Program-made: the position numbers and the translations under genes | The notes under the pieces: generated by a model | Databases searched by the model: none | Told to the model about the DNA's origin: nothing | The model's input: only the letters and a program-made list of their open reading frames with translations | Source of the DNA: Myxococcota bacterium | Lineage (GTDB): Bacteria > Myxococcota > JACRCW01 | Assembly: GCA_040752415.1 (NCBI GenBank) | Contig: JBFMGU010000066.1 | Span: 1-43,302 of the forward strand | Direction: 5' to 3' | Length of the DNA stretch: 43,302 bases | Part shown: piece after piece, positions 8,639 through 18,345 of the stretch | Numbering within the stretch: position 1 is the stretch's first letter | How the letters are laid out: each line of letters begins with the position of its first letter

Positions 8639-10456
8639 TCACCAGCCGCAGGCCTTGCCCTTGTTCTGCTGCTCCAGCCACTTCCTAAGCGGGGCGAAGT
8701 AGTCGATCATTGCCGTGGCATCCATCTTCTTCTCGCCGGTGAGGGCGAACAGCGCCTCCGGCCATGGCTTGCTGGAGCCCATGGACAACATGGCCTTCAT
8801 GCGCTTGCCCGCCTCCTTGTTCCCGTAGATGGAGCAGGTGTGCAGGGCGCCCTTGTGCCCGGACAGCTTGCACAGCGCGCGGTGGAACTGGAACTGCAGG
8901 ATGCGCGCGAGGAAGTAGCGCGTGTAGGGAACGTTCGCCGGCACGTGGTACTTGGCGCCCGGGTCGAAGTCCGTGTCGGCGCGCGGCACCGGCGCGGAGA
9001 CGCCCTGGTACTTCGTCCGCAGCTCCCACCACGACTTGTTGTAGTCCTTGGGCGCCGTCTTCCCGTTGAACACGTTCCACCGCCACTGGTCGATGAGCTT
9101 GCCGAACGGCAGGAACGCGATCTTCTCCAGCGCGTCCTTCATCTGCAGGTTGATGAGCGCCTTCTCGTTGCTGGGCACGCTGTCCAGCAGGCCCACGGTC
9201 TTGAGGTATTCCGGCGTCACGCTGAGCGCCAACGTGTCGCCAATGCCCTCGTGGAAGCCGTCATTGGCGCCGTCCTGATAGAGCACCGGGAGCTTGTAGT
9301 AGTAGTGGTAGTAGTAGTTGTGACCGAGCTCGTGGTGGATGGTGATGAGGTCCTCCTCGTCCACCTTGATGCACATCTTGATGCGCAAGTCGTCGTTGTA
9401 GCTCACGTCCCATGCGCTGGCGTGGCACACCACCTCGCGGTCGCGCGGCTTCTTGAACATGCTGCGCTCCCAGAAGCTGGCGGGCAGCGGGTCCAGTCCC
9501 AGGCTGGTGAAGAAGCTCTCTCCCAGCTTCACCATCTTCAGCTCGTCGTAGCCCTTCTGCTGCAGCGCCTTGGTGACGTCGAGGCTGACCTGGCCGCTGT
9601 AGGGTTCCACCAGCGGATAGATGTTGGCCCACTCCTGCGCCCACATGTTGCCCAGCAGGTGCGCGGGGATGGGGCCCTTCTCCGGGACCACGTTGCCGTA
9701 GTGCGCGCGCAGCTTGCCCCGCACGTAGCAGTGCAGCTGGTCGTAGAGCGGCTTGACCTGCGTCCACAGGCGCTCGGTCTCCGCCTCGAACTCCGCGGGC
9801 GTCATGTCATAGCGGCTCTTCCACATCTCGCCGAAGTCCTTGAAGCCCAGGTCGCGCGCGCCCTTGTTGGCCAGGTCCACGTAACGCGCGTACTTGTCCT
9901 TCATGGGGACGCTGATGCCGTGCCAGCCGGTCCACGCCTCGCGCAGCTCCGGCTCGTTGCGGCTCTCGGCGAGGATCTTGCTCAGCGCGGTGAGGTCTTT
10001 GCACTCGCCCGCCTTGCAGTAGCTGCCCTTGCCGTAGACGCTGGTGAGCCAGGTGGCGATCTCCGCGAGCTCCTTGCGCTCGGTGGCGTCGGGCGGGGCG
10101 GGCAGGCCGGCGGAGAGCTTGAGCAGCTTGAGCTGGCGCGCGGTGTCGTCGTCGAGCTTGAGGCCGTCAAAGCGTTGCGACTCCTTCACCAGCCGCGCAA
10201 TCAGCTCCATCACCATCTCCTCCCCCTCGCTGGCCAGCGCGGTGGTGTCGTCGGTGATGTAGGTCTGGTTGACCCAGTTGATGCGGTCGCGCTTGGCAAA
10301 CGCGGCGTGCAGCTCCTGGTTGGCGCGCTGCACGAAGGCCTGGGCCTCCGCGGGCGTGGCGGCGGGGGCGGGCGCGGCGTTGAGGGAGCGGGCACCAAGC
10401 CAGACCGCGGCCGGCGCCAGCAGGAGGAAGGGGAGGGCGTAGAGGCGCGTTTTCAT
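8639..10456 (-). CDS. M2 family metallopeptidase (peptidyl-dipeptidase A/ACE homologue)
   Basis: HHELGH zinc motif, [35 protein letters not shown]; signal peptide. Confidence 0.95.
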   Translation of the reverse strand: MKTRLYALPFLLLAPAAVWLGARSLNAAPAPAATPAEAQAFVQRANQELHAAFAKRDRINWVNQTYITDDTTALASEGEEMVMELIARLVKESQRFDGLKLDDDTARQLKLLKLSAGLPAPPDATERKELAEIATWLTSVYGKGSYCKAGECKDLTALSKILAESRNEPELREAWTGWHGISVPMKDKYARYVDLANKGARDLGFKDFGEMWKSRYDMTPAEFEAETERLWTQVKPLYDQLHCYVRGKLRAHYGNVVPEKGPIPAHLLGNMWAQEWANIYPLVEPYSGQVSLDVTKALQQKGYDELKMVKLGESFFTSLGLDPLPASFWERSMFKKPRDREVVCHASAWDVSYNDDLRIKMCIKVDEEDLITIHHELGHNYYYHYYYKLPVLYQDGANDGFHEGIGDTLALSVTPEYLKTVGLLDSVPSNEKALINLQMKDALEKIAFLPFGKLIDQWRWNVFNGKTAPKDYNKSWWELRTKYQGVSAPVPRADTDFDPGAKYHVPANVPYTRYFLARILQFQFHRALCKLSGHKGALHTCSIYGNKEAGKRMKAMLSMGSSKPWPEALFALTGEKKMDATAMIDYFAPLRKWLEQQNKGKACGW

Positions 10457-10534
10457 GGCGCCCCTCTAGGTCGTGCGCGGCCCCCTCGGCAACGCCCAGG
10501 CTCACGCTCAGGCCTGCTCCGTGACGCCCCGCGA

Positions 10535-10957
10535 CTAGCGTTTGGTGCTGACGTAGTGCCCGCCGTCGGCGCCGCTCTTGACGAGCTCACGACGGGTGAG
10601 GGTCACGTTGAAGGGGTCCGCGGTGGTGCGCAGCTTGACCTGCACGGTGCTGCCGGGCGGGCCGCGCAGCAGGTTGACCACCTCGGCCAGGCTCTTGCCT
10701 TCCACGTTGTGCCCGTCGACCTCGAGGACGCGGGTGCCGGGGGTGATGCCCGCGCTGTCGGCGGGGCCGCTGGGGATGACGCGGACCACCTTGGCGGTGC
10801 CGCCCTCCACGGTCAGCTCCACGCCCACGCCGACGTACGCCGTGGGAAACGGCGAGATGGTCTGCGGACAGCCCGCGAGCAACGCGACCAGCAGCAGAAA
10901 CCCCGCGGCCGCGACATGGCGGGATGCCCCGGAAACCCGGAGCGGGGCGGATGCCAT
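10535..10957 (-). CDS. Stand-alone PDZ-domain lipoprotein
   Basis: LLAGC lipobox; YVGVGVEL...VIPSGPADSAGI...VDG...VVNLLRGPPGSTV, a CtpA-type PDZ with no protease domain. Confidence 0.8.
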   Translation of the reverse strand: MASAPLRVSGASRHVAAAGFLLLVALLAGCPQTISPFPTAYVGVGVELTVEGGTAKVVRVIPSGPADSAGITPGTRVLEVDGHNVEGKSLAEVVNLLRGPPGSTVQVKLRTTADPFNVTLTRRELVKSGADGGHYVSTKR

Positions 10958-11142
10958 GTCACCACTGTACGGCTCGCCACGGGGAGGCCCAAGAAAATGG
11001 CCCTTGACAGATCCGCGCGGATCTCCATGGCGCCGTGTCCGACACCGTCCCGCCGACCGGGTCCCGGCCGGGTTGGGCTCCCGCCACGAGGACGTGGTGC
11101 ACCGGCCGTTGTCAACCTGGCGTTGTCGCCGGCCCGCGTCCC

Positions 11143-12432
11143 TCACGCGCACAGCGGCGGGGTCCGCTCCAGGATCTCCCCCACCAGCTGCGCCGCGCGT
11201 TCCGCGCCCCGCTCCGCGGCCAGCCGCTGCCCCAGGGCCCGGGCACGCTCCCGCATCGGTGGTGCGTGCAGCGCGGTGACCACGCGCTCCAGCAGCGCGG
11301 GGTCGAGCGCGGTGAACGGATGATGCACCCCCACCCCCATGGCGACGAGCCGACGCCCCCAGAACGGCTGATCCCCGAACACCGAGAGCACGGCGGAAGG
11401 AACCCCGGCGCGCAGCGCGGCGGCGGTGGTGCCCATGCCCCCGTGATGCACCACGGCGGCGCAGCGGGGAAACAGCGCGTCGTGGTTGGCGCGCTCCACC
11501 ACCAGCACGTTGGAGCTGCCCAGGGCCGCATCCAGCCGGGACCACCCCGCCCCGACGACAAAACGCACCCCCTGCGACCTGGCCACCGCGTGCACGGCGG
11601 TGAGCATGGCGGTGGGGTCCAGCACCGGCATGCTGCCGAAACCCAGGAACACCGGCGGGGCACCGTCGGAGAGGAACCGCTCCAGCTCCGCGCTTAGTCC
11701 GCCTTCGCCCAGGCCCGCGCGCATCTCCTCGTCGGGGACCAGCACCCCGGTGAGGTGTTCCTTCGTCTCCCAGTCGGGCGTGCCGCCCAGCATGAGCGGG
11801 CTGTAGAGGTGCACGCCTTCCACGCCCCGGTCCATCAGGTGCCGCCAGTGGGGCCGCCGCAGGCGCGGGAGACCCAGGCGCTGACGCGCGTGCTGCACGT
11901 CGGGTTGCTGGGACATCCACGCCAGTTTCTCGACGAGCTGGTGCGACCACCGGTTCAGCACGCGCCACCGGAAGTCCCGACGCAGGAACGGGCTGGCGAA
12001 CGCGCCGGTGGGCGTCATGGGAAAGGTGGAGGCCAGCACCATGCGCTGCCCGTGTTTCTCCGCCACCGCGCCGGCCTGCCCGGAGATGAGGACCTGCGCC
12101 ACCACGGCGTCGGCGCCGGCGCATGCCGCGGCCACGGCGTCCAGGATCGCGTCGCGGTGCTGGTGCATGTAGTCGGTGACGCCGGCCAGCAGCTCGCGCA
12201 CGTTGCCGCTGGCCAGCCACTTCTGGCCCTGCTCGGAGTGCAGGAACTCCTGCGCGTCGCCAAAGAGGGGACGGAACGGCACCCTGGATTTCTCGACGAA
12301 GGCCTGGTGGTTCTCCGGAGCGCCCACCCACGCCTCGTGTCCGGCCTTGCGGAGCGCCCGCGCCAGCACCACGAAAGGCTGCGTGTCTCCCCGGGTTCCG
12401 TATCCCAGCACCGCGATGCGCATGCCCATCAC
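11143..12432 (-). CDS. GT-B glycosyltransferase (GT1, sterol/glycolipid glucosyltransferase-like)
   Basis: GTRGDTQP N-terminal motif; FGSM, HDALFP, HHGGMGTT, GDQPFWG. Confidence 0.9.
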   Translation of the reverse strand: MMGMRIAVLGYGTRGDTQPFVVLARALRKAGHEAWVGAPENHQAFVEKSRVPFRPLFGDAQEFLHSEQGQKWLASGNVRELLAGVTDYMHQHRDAILDAVAAACAGADAVVAQVLISGQAGAVAEKHGQRMVLASTFPMTPTGAFASPFLRRDFRWRVLNRWSHQLVEKLAWMSQQPDVQHARQRLGLPRLRRPHWRHLMDRGVEGVHLYSPLMLGGTPDWETKEHLTGVLVPDEEMRAGLGEGGLSAELERFLSDGAPPVFLGFGSMPVLDPTAMLTAVHAVARSQGVRFVVGAGWSRLDAALGSSNVLVVERANHDALFPRCAAVVHHGGMGTTAAALRAGVPSAVLSVFGDQPFWGRRLVAMGVGVHHPFTALDPALLERVVTALHAPPMRERARALGQRLAAERGAERAAQLVGEILERTPPLCA

Positions 12433-12477
12433 CTCGCGCGCATCATCCGGACGTGCGCTCTCCCGTCTGGTTCGTGT

Positions 12478-14937
12478 TCAGCTCTTGATGCGCTTCATCT
12501 CGGGGTCATAGAGCGGCTTGAGGGACGCCATGGCGGGATGCTTCTTCCCGGCGATCTCCGCTTCCCACGTGCCGCCGTCGAGATACGCCTGGTCAATGGG
12601 CTGGTCCGCTTCCACCATGACCAGGCCCACCGCGCCGCCCACCGTGAAGCCGTAGGAGCCGGCGCGCACGTAACCCACGCGCTTCCCGTCGCGGTAGACC
12701 ACCTCGGCGTGGAAGAGGAGCGGCTCGGGGTCCTTCACCAGCACCTGCAGCAGGCGACGCTTGAGCGGCCCGTTGGCCTTCTGCCGCAGCACCGCGTCCT
12801 TGCCCAGGAAGCCGCCGGGCTTCTTCAGGTCCACCGCGAAGCCCAGGCCCGCCTCCAGCGCGTTGTCGGTGTTGTCGATGTCGTGGCCGTAGTCACGGTA
12901 GCCCTTCTCCATGCGCAGACTGGCCAAGGCCTTCAGCCCGGCGTGACGCAGGCCCACCCCGCTCCCGGCCTCTGTTAGCCGATCATAGACATGGTTGGAT
13001 TGCTCGGCGGGAACATAGAGCTCGTAGCCCAGCTCACCGAGGTAGGTGATGCGGATGCAGAGCACACGCGCATAGCCCACGTCGATCTCGCGGGCGGTGC
13101 GGAAGGGGAAGGCCTCGTTGGAGAGGTCGGCGGTGGTGACGGACTGCAACAGCTCACGGGAGCGCGGGCCCTGGATGTTGATCTGCGCGTAGCCGCCGGT
13201 GACGTCGGTGACAAAGGCATGCGCGTCGGAGGGGATGTGGCGGCGCATCCACGTCTCCACGTGGCGGTGCATGGTGTCGGTGGCCACCACGAAGTAGCGC
13301 TCGTCGTCGAGCTTGGTGACGGTGAGGTCCGCCTCCAGCTTGCCCAGCTCGTTGAGCCACTGCGTGTAGGTGATGACGCCGGCGGGGCCGTCCACGTTGT
13401 TGGCGGAGATGAAGTTGAGGACGCGTCCGGCGTCGCGGCCCTGCACCAGGAATTTGGACATGAACGACATGTCCATCAGGATCACACCCTCCCGCGCGGC
13501 CTGGTGCTCGGCCTGCCAGTAGGGCCACCAGTTCTGCCGGCCCCAGGAGACCTTCTCCACCTTCGGCTCCACGCCCGGCGGCGCATACCAGTCCGCGCCC
13601 TCCCAACCGCTAACATCCTTGAAGTAGGCACCCCGCGCGGCCAGACGCTCGTGCAGCGGGGACTTCTTGGCGCCGCGCGCCGTCTGCAGGGACATGGTGG
13701 GGTAGTGGCACTTGTAGACCATCCCCAGCGACTCGGCGATGCGGTGACGACGGTATTCCGGGTTGGACTGGTAGACGTGCAGCCGGTCGATGTTCATGCC
13801 GGTGACGTCCATGTCGGGATTCCCGTGGATGATCCAGTGGGCCAGCATGCGACCCATCCCGCCGCCGGTGAGGATGCCAATGGAGTTGAGCCCCGCCGCC
13901 ACGAAATAGTTCCTAAGCTCCGGCGCTTCGCCCACCACGGGGCGGAGGTCGGGCGTGAAGGACTCCGGGCCGCAGAAGAACTTCCGCACGCCCACGTTGA
14001 GTGAGGCGGGGACGCGGCTCATGGCCTTCTCGACGTACGGGCCCATGCGGTCCCAGTCCGGCTCGATCTCGCCGAAGGAGAAGTCCGCGGGGATGCCCTC
14101 CACCTTCCACGGCGCGGAGACCGGCTCGAACAGGCCCACCATGAGGCCACCCACCTCTTCGCGGTAGTAGCCGTAGGAGCCGGGATCCTCGAGGACGGGC
14201 CAGGACGCGCTGATCTCGGGGATCTTCTCGGTGATGAGGTAGTAGTGCTCCGCGGCCTGCAGCGGGATGTTGACGCCCGCCAACGCGCCCAGCTGTCGCG
14301 CCCACATGCCGGCGCAGTTCACCACGTACTCCGCCTCGATGTTGCCGTACGCCGTGGTCACGCCGGTGACGCGACCGCGCTGGGTGGTGACGCCGGTGGC
14401 CGCCACGCCCTCAAGGATGCGCACCCCCTGCATGCGCGCGCCCTTGGCCAGGGCCATGGTGACGTCGACGGGATTGGCGCGCCCGTCCTCCCGCACGTAG
14501 AAGCCGGCGAGGATGTCGTCGGTGCGGGCCAGCGGCCAGAGCTCCTTGACCTGGGAAGGGGAGATCTCGTGCACGTCGACGCCGCAGTAGCGGTTGAACG
14601 CGGAGACGCGCCGGTACTCCTCGAGACGGTCGGGCTCGGTGGCAACCTCGATGAAGCCCACGGGCTTGAACCCGGTGGACAGGCCGGTCTCGGCCTCCAG
14701 GCGGGTGTAGAGGTCGCGGGTGTACTTGCGCATCTCCGTCGAGGTTTCCGACGTGGAGCCAAAGGTCACGATCAGGCCGGCGGCATGCCAGGTGGTGCCG
14801 GAGGTGATGCGGTCACGCTCGAGCAGGACCACGTCCTTCCAGCCCATGTGGGCCAGGTGATAGGCCACCGAACAGCCAATGATGCCGCCGCCCACCACGA
14901 CGACGCGGGCACGATCGGGCAAAGCCGGAACGGACAT
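12478..14937 (-). CDS. GcvT-family FAD-dependent dehydrogenase (sarcosine/dimethylglycine dehydrogenase-like)
   Basis: GGGIIG Rossmann motif, SGTTWHAAG, GPESFTPD, and a GcvT folate-binding C-terminus (YLGELGYELY, SLRMEKGY); GAGGA RBS. Confidence 0.92.
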   Translation of the reverse strand: MSVPALPDRARVVVVGGGIIGCSVAYHLAHMGWKDVVLLERDRITSGTTWHAAGLIVTFGSTSETSTEMRKYTRDLYTRLEAETGLSTGFKPVGFIEVATEPDRLEEYRRVSAFNRYCGVDVHEISPSQVKELWPLARTDDILAGFYVREDGRANPVDVTMALAKGARMQGVRILEGVAATGVTTQRGRVTGVTTAYGNIEAEYVVNCAGMWARQLGALAGVNIPLQAAEHYYLITEKIPEISASWPVLEDPGSYGYYREEVGGLMVGLFEPVSAPWKVEGIPADFSFGEIEPDWDRMGPYVEKAMSRVPASLNVGVRKFFCGPESFTPDLRPVVGEAPELRNYFVAAGLNSIGILTGGGMGRMLAHWIIHGNPDMDVTGMNIDRLHVYQSNPEYRRHRIAESLGMVYKCHYPTMSLQTARGAKKSPLHERLAARGAYFKDVSGWEGADWYAPPGVEPKVEKVSWGRQNWWPYWQAEHQAAREGVILMDMSFMSKFLVQGRDAGRVLNFISANNVDGPAGVITYTQWLNELGKLEADLTVTKLDDERYFVVATDTMHRHVETWMRRHIPSDAHAFVTDVTGGYAQINIQGPRSRELLQSVTTADLSNEAFPFRTAREIDVGYARVLCIRITYLGELGYELYVPAEQSNHVYDRLTEAGSGVGLRHAGLKALASLRMEKGYRDYGHDIDNTDNALEAGLGFAVDLKKPGGFLGKDAVLRQKANGPLKRRLLQVLVKDPEPLLFHAEVVYRDGKRVGYVRAGSYGFTVGGAVGLVMVEADQPIDQAYLDGGTWEAEIAGKKHPAMASLKPLYDPEMKRIKS

Positions 14938-15114
14938 GGTTCTTCCTCGAGAAAGTGCGTTGTCGCGACGCTAGACGTGGCCCTCCCGCACTGGCAAGGC
15001 GGGGAAGCGCGAGCTTGGTCGGTCGCTGCGTGACGCGGTGTCGACGGCAACGAGCTCGCCATGATGCGCTGCGTCGTCGGGTAGGGCGGGCAGGGAACCG
15101 CGGGGCAGAGGCAT

Positions 15115-15265
15115 CCGAGCCAAAGCGGTCATGCCTACACGAACTCCCAAAGCGTTTCGCACGCGGGGATTTCCGACGAGAAAACCCAGGTGCGGGCTCC
15201 CGGAATCCACCTTGAGCGGCGCCCGCACCTTTGGGAGTGCGGTCAGGATTACCGCTTTGGCTCGG
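15115..15265. repeat. REPIN-like fold-back element (two inverted REP-like units with nested hairpins)
   Basis: Perfect IR CCGAGCCAAAGCGGT 15115-15129/15251-15265; ACTCCCAAAG 15143-15152/15229-15238; inner AGGTGCGGGC 15188-15197/15221-15230. Confidence 0.75.
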
Positions 15266-15281
15266 GTCCCTTCGTCCCCAC

Positions 15282-15698
15282 TCAGAAGCAGCCCGTGAAC
15301 TCCAGCGTTCCCAACGTGGTGCCGCCCGAGCACGCAAGTGAAACGTGCCCGCTCACCGCGCGCTTGCCGGAGCCGTGGTAGCCCTCGCCGCGCAGCTTGA
15401 GGGTTCCGCACACGCCCAGCGGAAGCACCGGTGCTCCCTGGCCCGGGTTGAACGTGGCAACCGGGGTGAAGCTGTAATCCGTGAACGCGTCGACGCGCGT
15501 GGGCGCGAAGGCCAGGTCCAGCTGCGCGCCGTTCTCGTCGCGGAGCGCGATGCCCGCGGGGCTGGGCACGACGTGACAGCGCGTGGGTTGGAAGGTCTTC
15601 CCCTGGATGGTCAGCGTGCCGTGCGGTTCGAACTTGGGCTCGCACGCCAGCGTCACCAGCCCACCGACGAGCGTGAGCAGGATGCGTCGTGGATTCAT
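15282..15698 (-). CDS. Hypothetical lipoprotein
   Basis: MNPRRILLTLVGGLVTLAC lipoprotein signal; beta-rich mature part with several Cys. Confidence 0.7.
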   Translation of the reverse strand: MNPRRILLTLVGGLVTLACEPKFEPHGTLTIQGKTFQPTRCHVVPSPAGIALRDENGAQLDLAFAPTRVDAFTDYSFTPVATFNPGQGAPVLPLGVCGTLKLRGEGYHGSGKRAVSGHVSLACSGGTTLGTLEFTGCF

Positions 15699-15746
15699 GA
15701 CGCCAGTTGTACACCAGGGCGGGCGCGAACGCCCCGGGATGCCTGC

Positions 15747-16946
15747 CTACTCGATGGTGCTGCTCAGACTGAACACCGGATACGGATAGGTCACGTCCGG
15801 GGGCTCGGCGCTGTCGACGACGAGGATCAGGTCCTGCCGGACGCCCGTGGCATTGGTGTACGTCAGTGTCTCGACGCCGCTGGTGGTCTCGTCGGCGCCC
15901 GCCCAGCAGCAGTTGTCCGTGCAGGAGCTGAGCAGATAGAGCGCGAGGTTGTCCGTCGAGTCGAGTGTGACGGTGAGGGTCTGCTGCGGCTCCAGCGCGA
16001 GGGAGAAGAATGTGTCGGAGCCGGGCATGCGGGAGCCCAGGCAAGTGGGCTCGCTGAACTCGTGGTCATTGGCGGCGCCGTTCAGGGTCGTGTGCTGGTC
16101 GTCGTTCAGCGGCGTGATGGCGTCGGGTAGGGGCGCGGCGTTCCGGCAGGCGTCATTGACGGCGCGCGTTGTTGCGTTGGCGTTTCCGCCGAGGCTGTAG
16201 GGGACCACGGTGCCGGAGACGTTGCGCACCAGGATGAGGATGCCTGGCGCCGCGGTTTGCCCGCTCACGGACTCCGTTGCGTCTGACGACGTGGAAGAGC
16301 CCAACAGCGCGCCCGTTTCCTGGTCATGCACGTACAGGTCCAGGTTTCCCACGTCCGGGTCGAATGTGATGGAAACGCTGTAATTCGCGGCGCCGCCACA
16401 ACACGGGAAGGCGAGCTTGAACCAGTCATCTCCGTTCTGCGGCGGCGGCAGGGCGGAAGGGGCGGGGCCGGCATCGGGGGGGGACGGATCGGCGACGCAG
16501 CCCGGGATACCCGAGTTCCCCGACGAGCTTGTGGATGAGAGCGCCCCTGATGATGAGCTGCTTGAGCTGAGCGCGACCTCCGTTGGACACGACGTGAGCT
16601 GGCTGGCCATAAACCAGCCCCCAAAGGATCCCGACGACTGATCGAAGGTGAAGTTGGTGAAGTTCGCTGCGGCCCCGGGACGGTCATTGGGCTCGAACGC
16701 ATCCGCGACGCATCCGCCTGTGGAGGACGTCACTGAGGCAGACGTGCTTCCCGATGCGCCGCTGGTTGATGATGTGCTGGTGGACGACGTGCCGCTGGTT
16801 GACGTCGTGCCGGAGGAACTCGAAGACGAAGACGTATTCGAGGAACTGGAGCCCGTGCTCGCACTGCTCGACATGGAACCAGACGAGGGTGGCCCGTTGC
16901 ATGCCGCCGCTGCCCCCAGCACCACCACGCCAACAATTCTCATCAT
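15747..16946 (-). CDS. Ser-rich lipoprotein with PPC-like beta-sandwich domains
   Basis: AAAAC lipobox, poly-Ser/Thr linker, DAFEPND, DDWFKL, NLDLYV motifs; GGAGG RBS. Confidence 0.8.
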   Translation of the reverse strand: MMRIVGVVVLGAAAACNGPPSSGSMSSSASTGSSSSNTSSSSSSSGTTSTSGTSSTSTSSTSGASGSTSASVTSSTGGCVADAFEPNDRPGAAANFTNFTFDQSSGSFGGWFMASQLTSCPTEVALSSSSSSSGALSSTSSSGNSGIPGCVADPSPPDAGPAPSALPPPQNGDDWFKLAFPCCGGAANYSVSITFDPDVGNLDLYVHDQETGALLGSSTSSDATESVSGQTAAPGILILVRNVSGTVVPYSLGGNANATTRAVNDACRNAAPLPDAITPLNDDQHTTLNGAANDHEFSEPTCLGSRMPGSDTFFSLALEPQQTLTVTLDSTDNLALYLLSSCTDNCCWAGADETTSGVETLTYTNATGVRQDLILVVDSAEPPDVTYPYPVFSLSSTIE

Positions 16947-17025
16947 GGAGCCTCCGTCCGCGAAGACGACATTCCCGCGCGTCGCAAAGGCAGGAACCCC
17001 GGCAGACCATCGACCGCAACGTCAC

Positions 17026-17041
17026 TGCAAACTCTGTTCCG
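17026..17041 (-). promoter_or_regulatory. Putative sigma-54 promoter for the Ser-rich lipoprotein gene
   Basis: Minus strand reads CGGAACAGAGTTTGCA (GG-N10-GC with TTGCA), ~80 bp upstream of ATG 16946. Confidence 0.4.
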
Positions 17042-17181
17042 ACGCCAGGCCGCCTGTAGCTAACGCAGTGGGGGGCTCCACGTGAGGCGAGGAAGCAGCA
17101 GGTCAGCGTGGCATGAGGCTGCCTGGCATCACCGCGCCGATTTGGCAGGAATGAGCGTCGTGAGCGTTCGCGCCTCGGTCA

Positions 17182-18252
17182 TCAATAACCCATGGTGCGC
17201 AGCTCGTTGGCCCAGCGGCGGTAGAAGTCCACGTGGTCCCAGCCGCTGATCAGGTCGGGAATCAGGTCCGCAATCTGGCCAATCTCGTCGAGGTGGTCCG
17301 CGGGGATGCACCCCATGAAGCGGCCCCACTTCGCGCTCGCCACCGTCACCAGGCCGTCGTTCGCCTTCGGCTCGGTGAGACTCCCGGCCAGTAGCGTCCA
17401 CGTTCCCAGCAGCGCCACCTCCGCGCCGTCCACCGCGTCGGGGTTGGGCCATTCGCCGGCGCACTCGTCGTCGGCGCGCTGCAGGTTGGTCCGGCCGGCG
17501 AACGAGAAGTACACCACGCGCGGGTCGTCGGGGTTGGCGTGGTTGAACGCGGTGGCGTTGGCGGTGTGCAGCGTCTCCAACGCGGCGCGCGCGTCGGCGT
17601 CGTTCTCCGCGTCGGCGGCCGCGGCACCGAAGAGCGACGCATAGCCGTTGATGATGTCCAGCTCCGCGGGGAACTCGTTGTCCAGGATCGCGTCGGCCAC
17701 CGCGCTGCCCAGGTGGGGCGTGCTCACCGTCGTCAACGTGGCGATGCGGTCACCATAGCCCAGCGTGCTGATGAGATAGCGGCTGTCCAGTCCGCCCTGG
17801 CTATGCGCAATGATGTTCACCTTGCGCGCGCCGGTCTGCGCCAGGATGGCGTCGATCTGCTCGGCCAGCAGGCGCGCGCGCGAGGCACTGCCGTTGTAGG
17901 GCGCCACCGCCGTCACGAAGACCTGGTGGCCCGCCTCCTCGAGCGCGGCGGGTACGCGGAAGAAGTAGTCCAGCGGTCCCACGTCGCGGAACCCGTTCAA
18001 CCCGTGCGCCAGCACGATGGGATAGGGCGGCCCCGTGCGCGGGTCGGCCACCTGCTCGGGGACGGTCTCCTCGGGCGTGTACATCTCCACCGGCGGCGTC
18101 GTGCTGGCGTCGGGCGGGTCTTCCGTCTGCTGGACGCCACCGTCGCCGTCCACCGTGGCGGGATCGTCGCTTTTGTCCTCGGCTTGCACCAGCGTGCCGT
18201 CCGGGCAGGCCGCGAGAAGGGTGACCAGGAGAATCGCTGAAAACCGACGCAT
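17182..18252 (-). CDS. Triacylglycerol lipase (family I-like alpha/beta hydrolase), lipoprotein
   Basis: YPIVLAHG oxyanion region, AHSQGG nucleophile elbow, TPHLGS, NDGLV, DHLDEI; LLAAC lipobox. Confidence 0.92.
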   Translation of the reverse strand: MRRFSAILLVTLLAACPDGTLVQAEDKSDDPATVDGDGGVQQTEDPPDASTTPPVEMYTPEETVPEQVADPRTGPPYPIVLAHGLNGFRDVGPLDYFFRVPAALEEAGHQVFVTAVAPYNGSASRARLLAEQIDAILAQTGARKVNIIAHSQGGLDSRYLISTLGYGDRIATLTTVSTPHLGSAVADAILDNEFPAELDIINGYASLFGAAAADAENDADARAALETLHTANATAFNHANPDDPRVVYFSFAGRTNLQRADDECAGEWPNPDAVDGAEVALLGTWTLLAGSLTEPKANDGLVTVASAKWGRFMGCIPADHLDEIGQIADLIPDLISGWDHVDFYRRWANELRTMGY

Positions 18253-18345
18253 GGCGAGGGTGTACATCGCTCCGCGCACCGCGGTTGGCAACCGTCGCGT
18301 GACGGATGTCGCCCGGCCTTCCAACGCGCGTGGTATACCCCGGCC

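Noticed and set aside
8639..10456. Eukaryote-derived ACE as a novelty
   Set aside because: Bacterial M2 peptidases are already known, and the codon style matches the neighbouring genes.
14938..15281. Glycine riboswitch upstream of the GcvT-family gene
   Set aside because: No GGAGA...CCGAAG...CTCTCAGG core on the minus strand; the structure is explained by inverted REP-like units.
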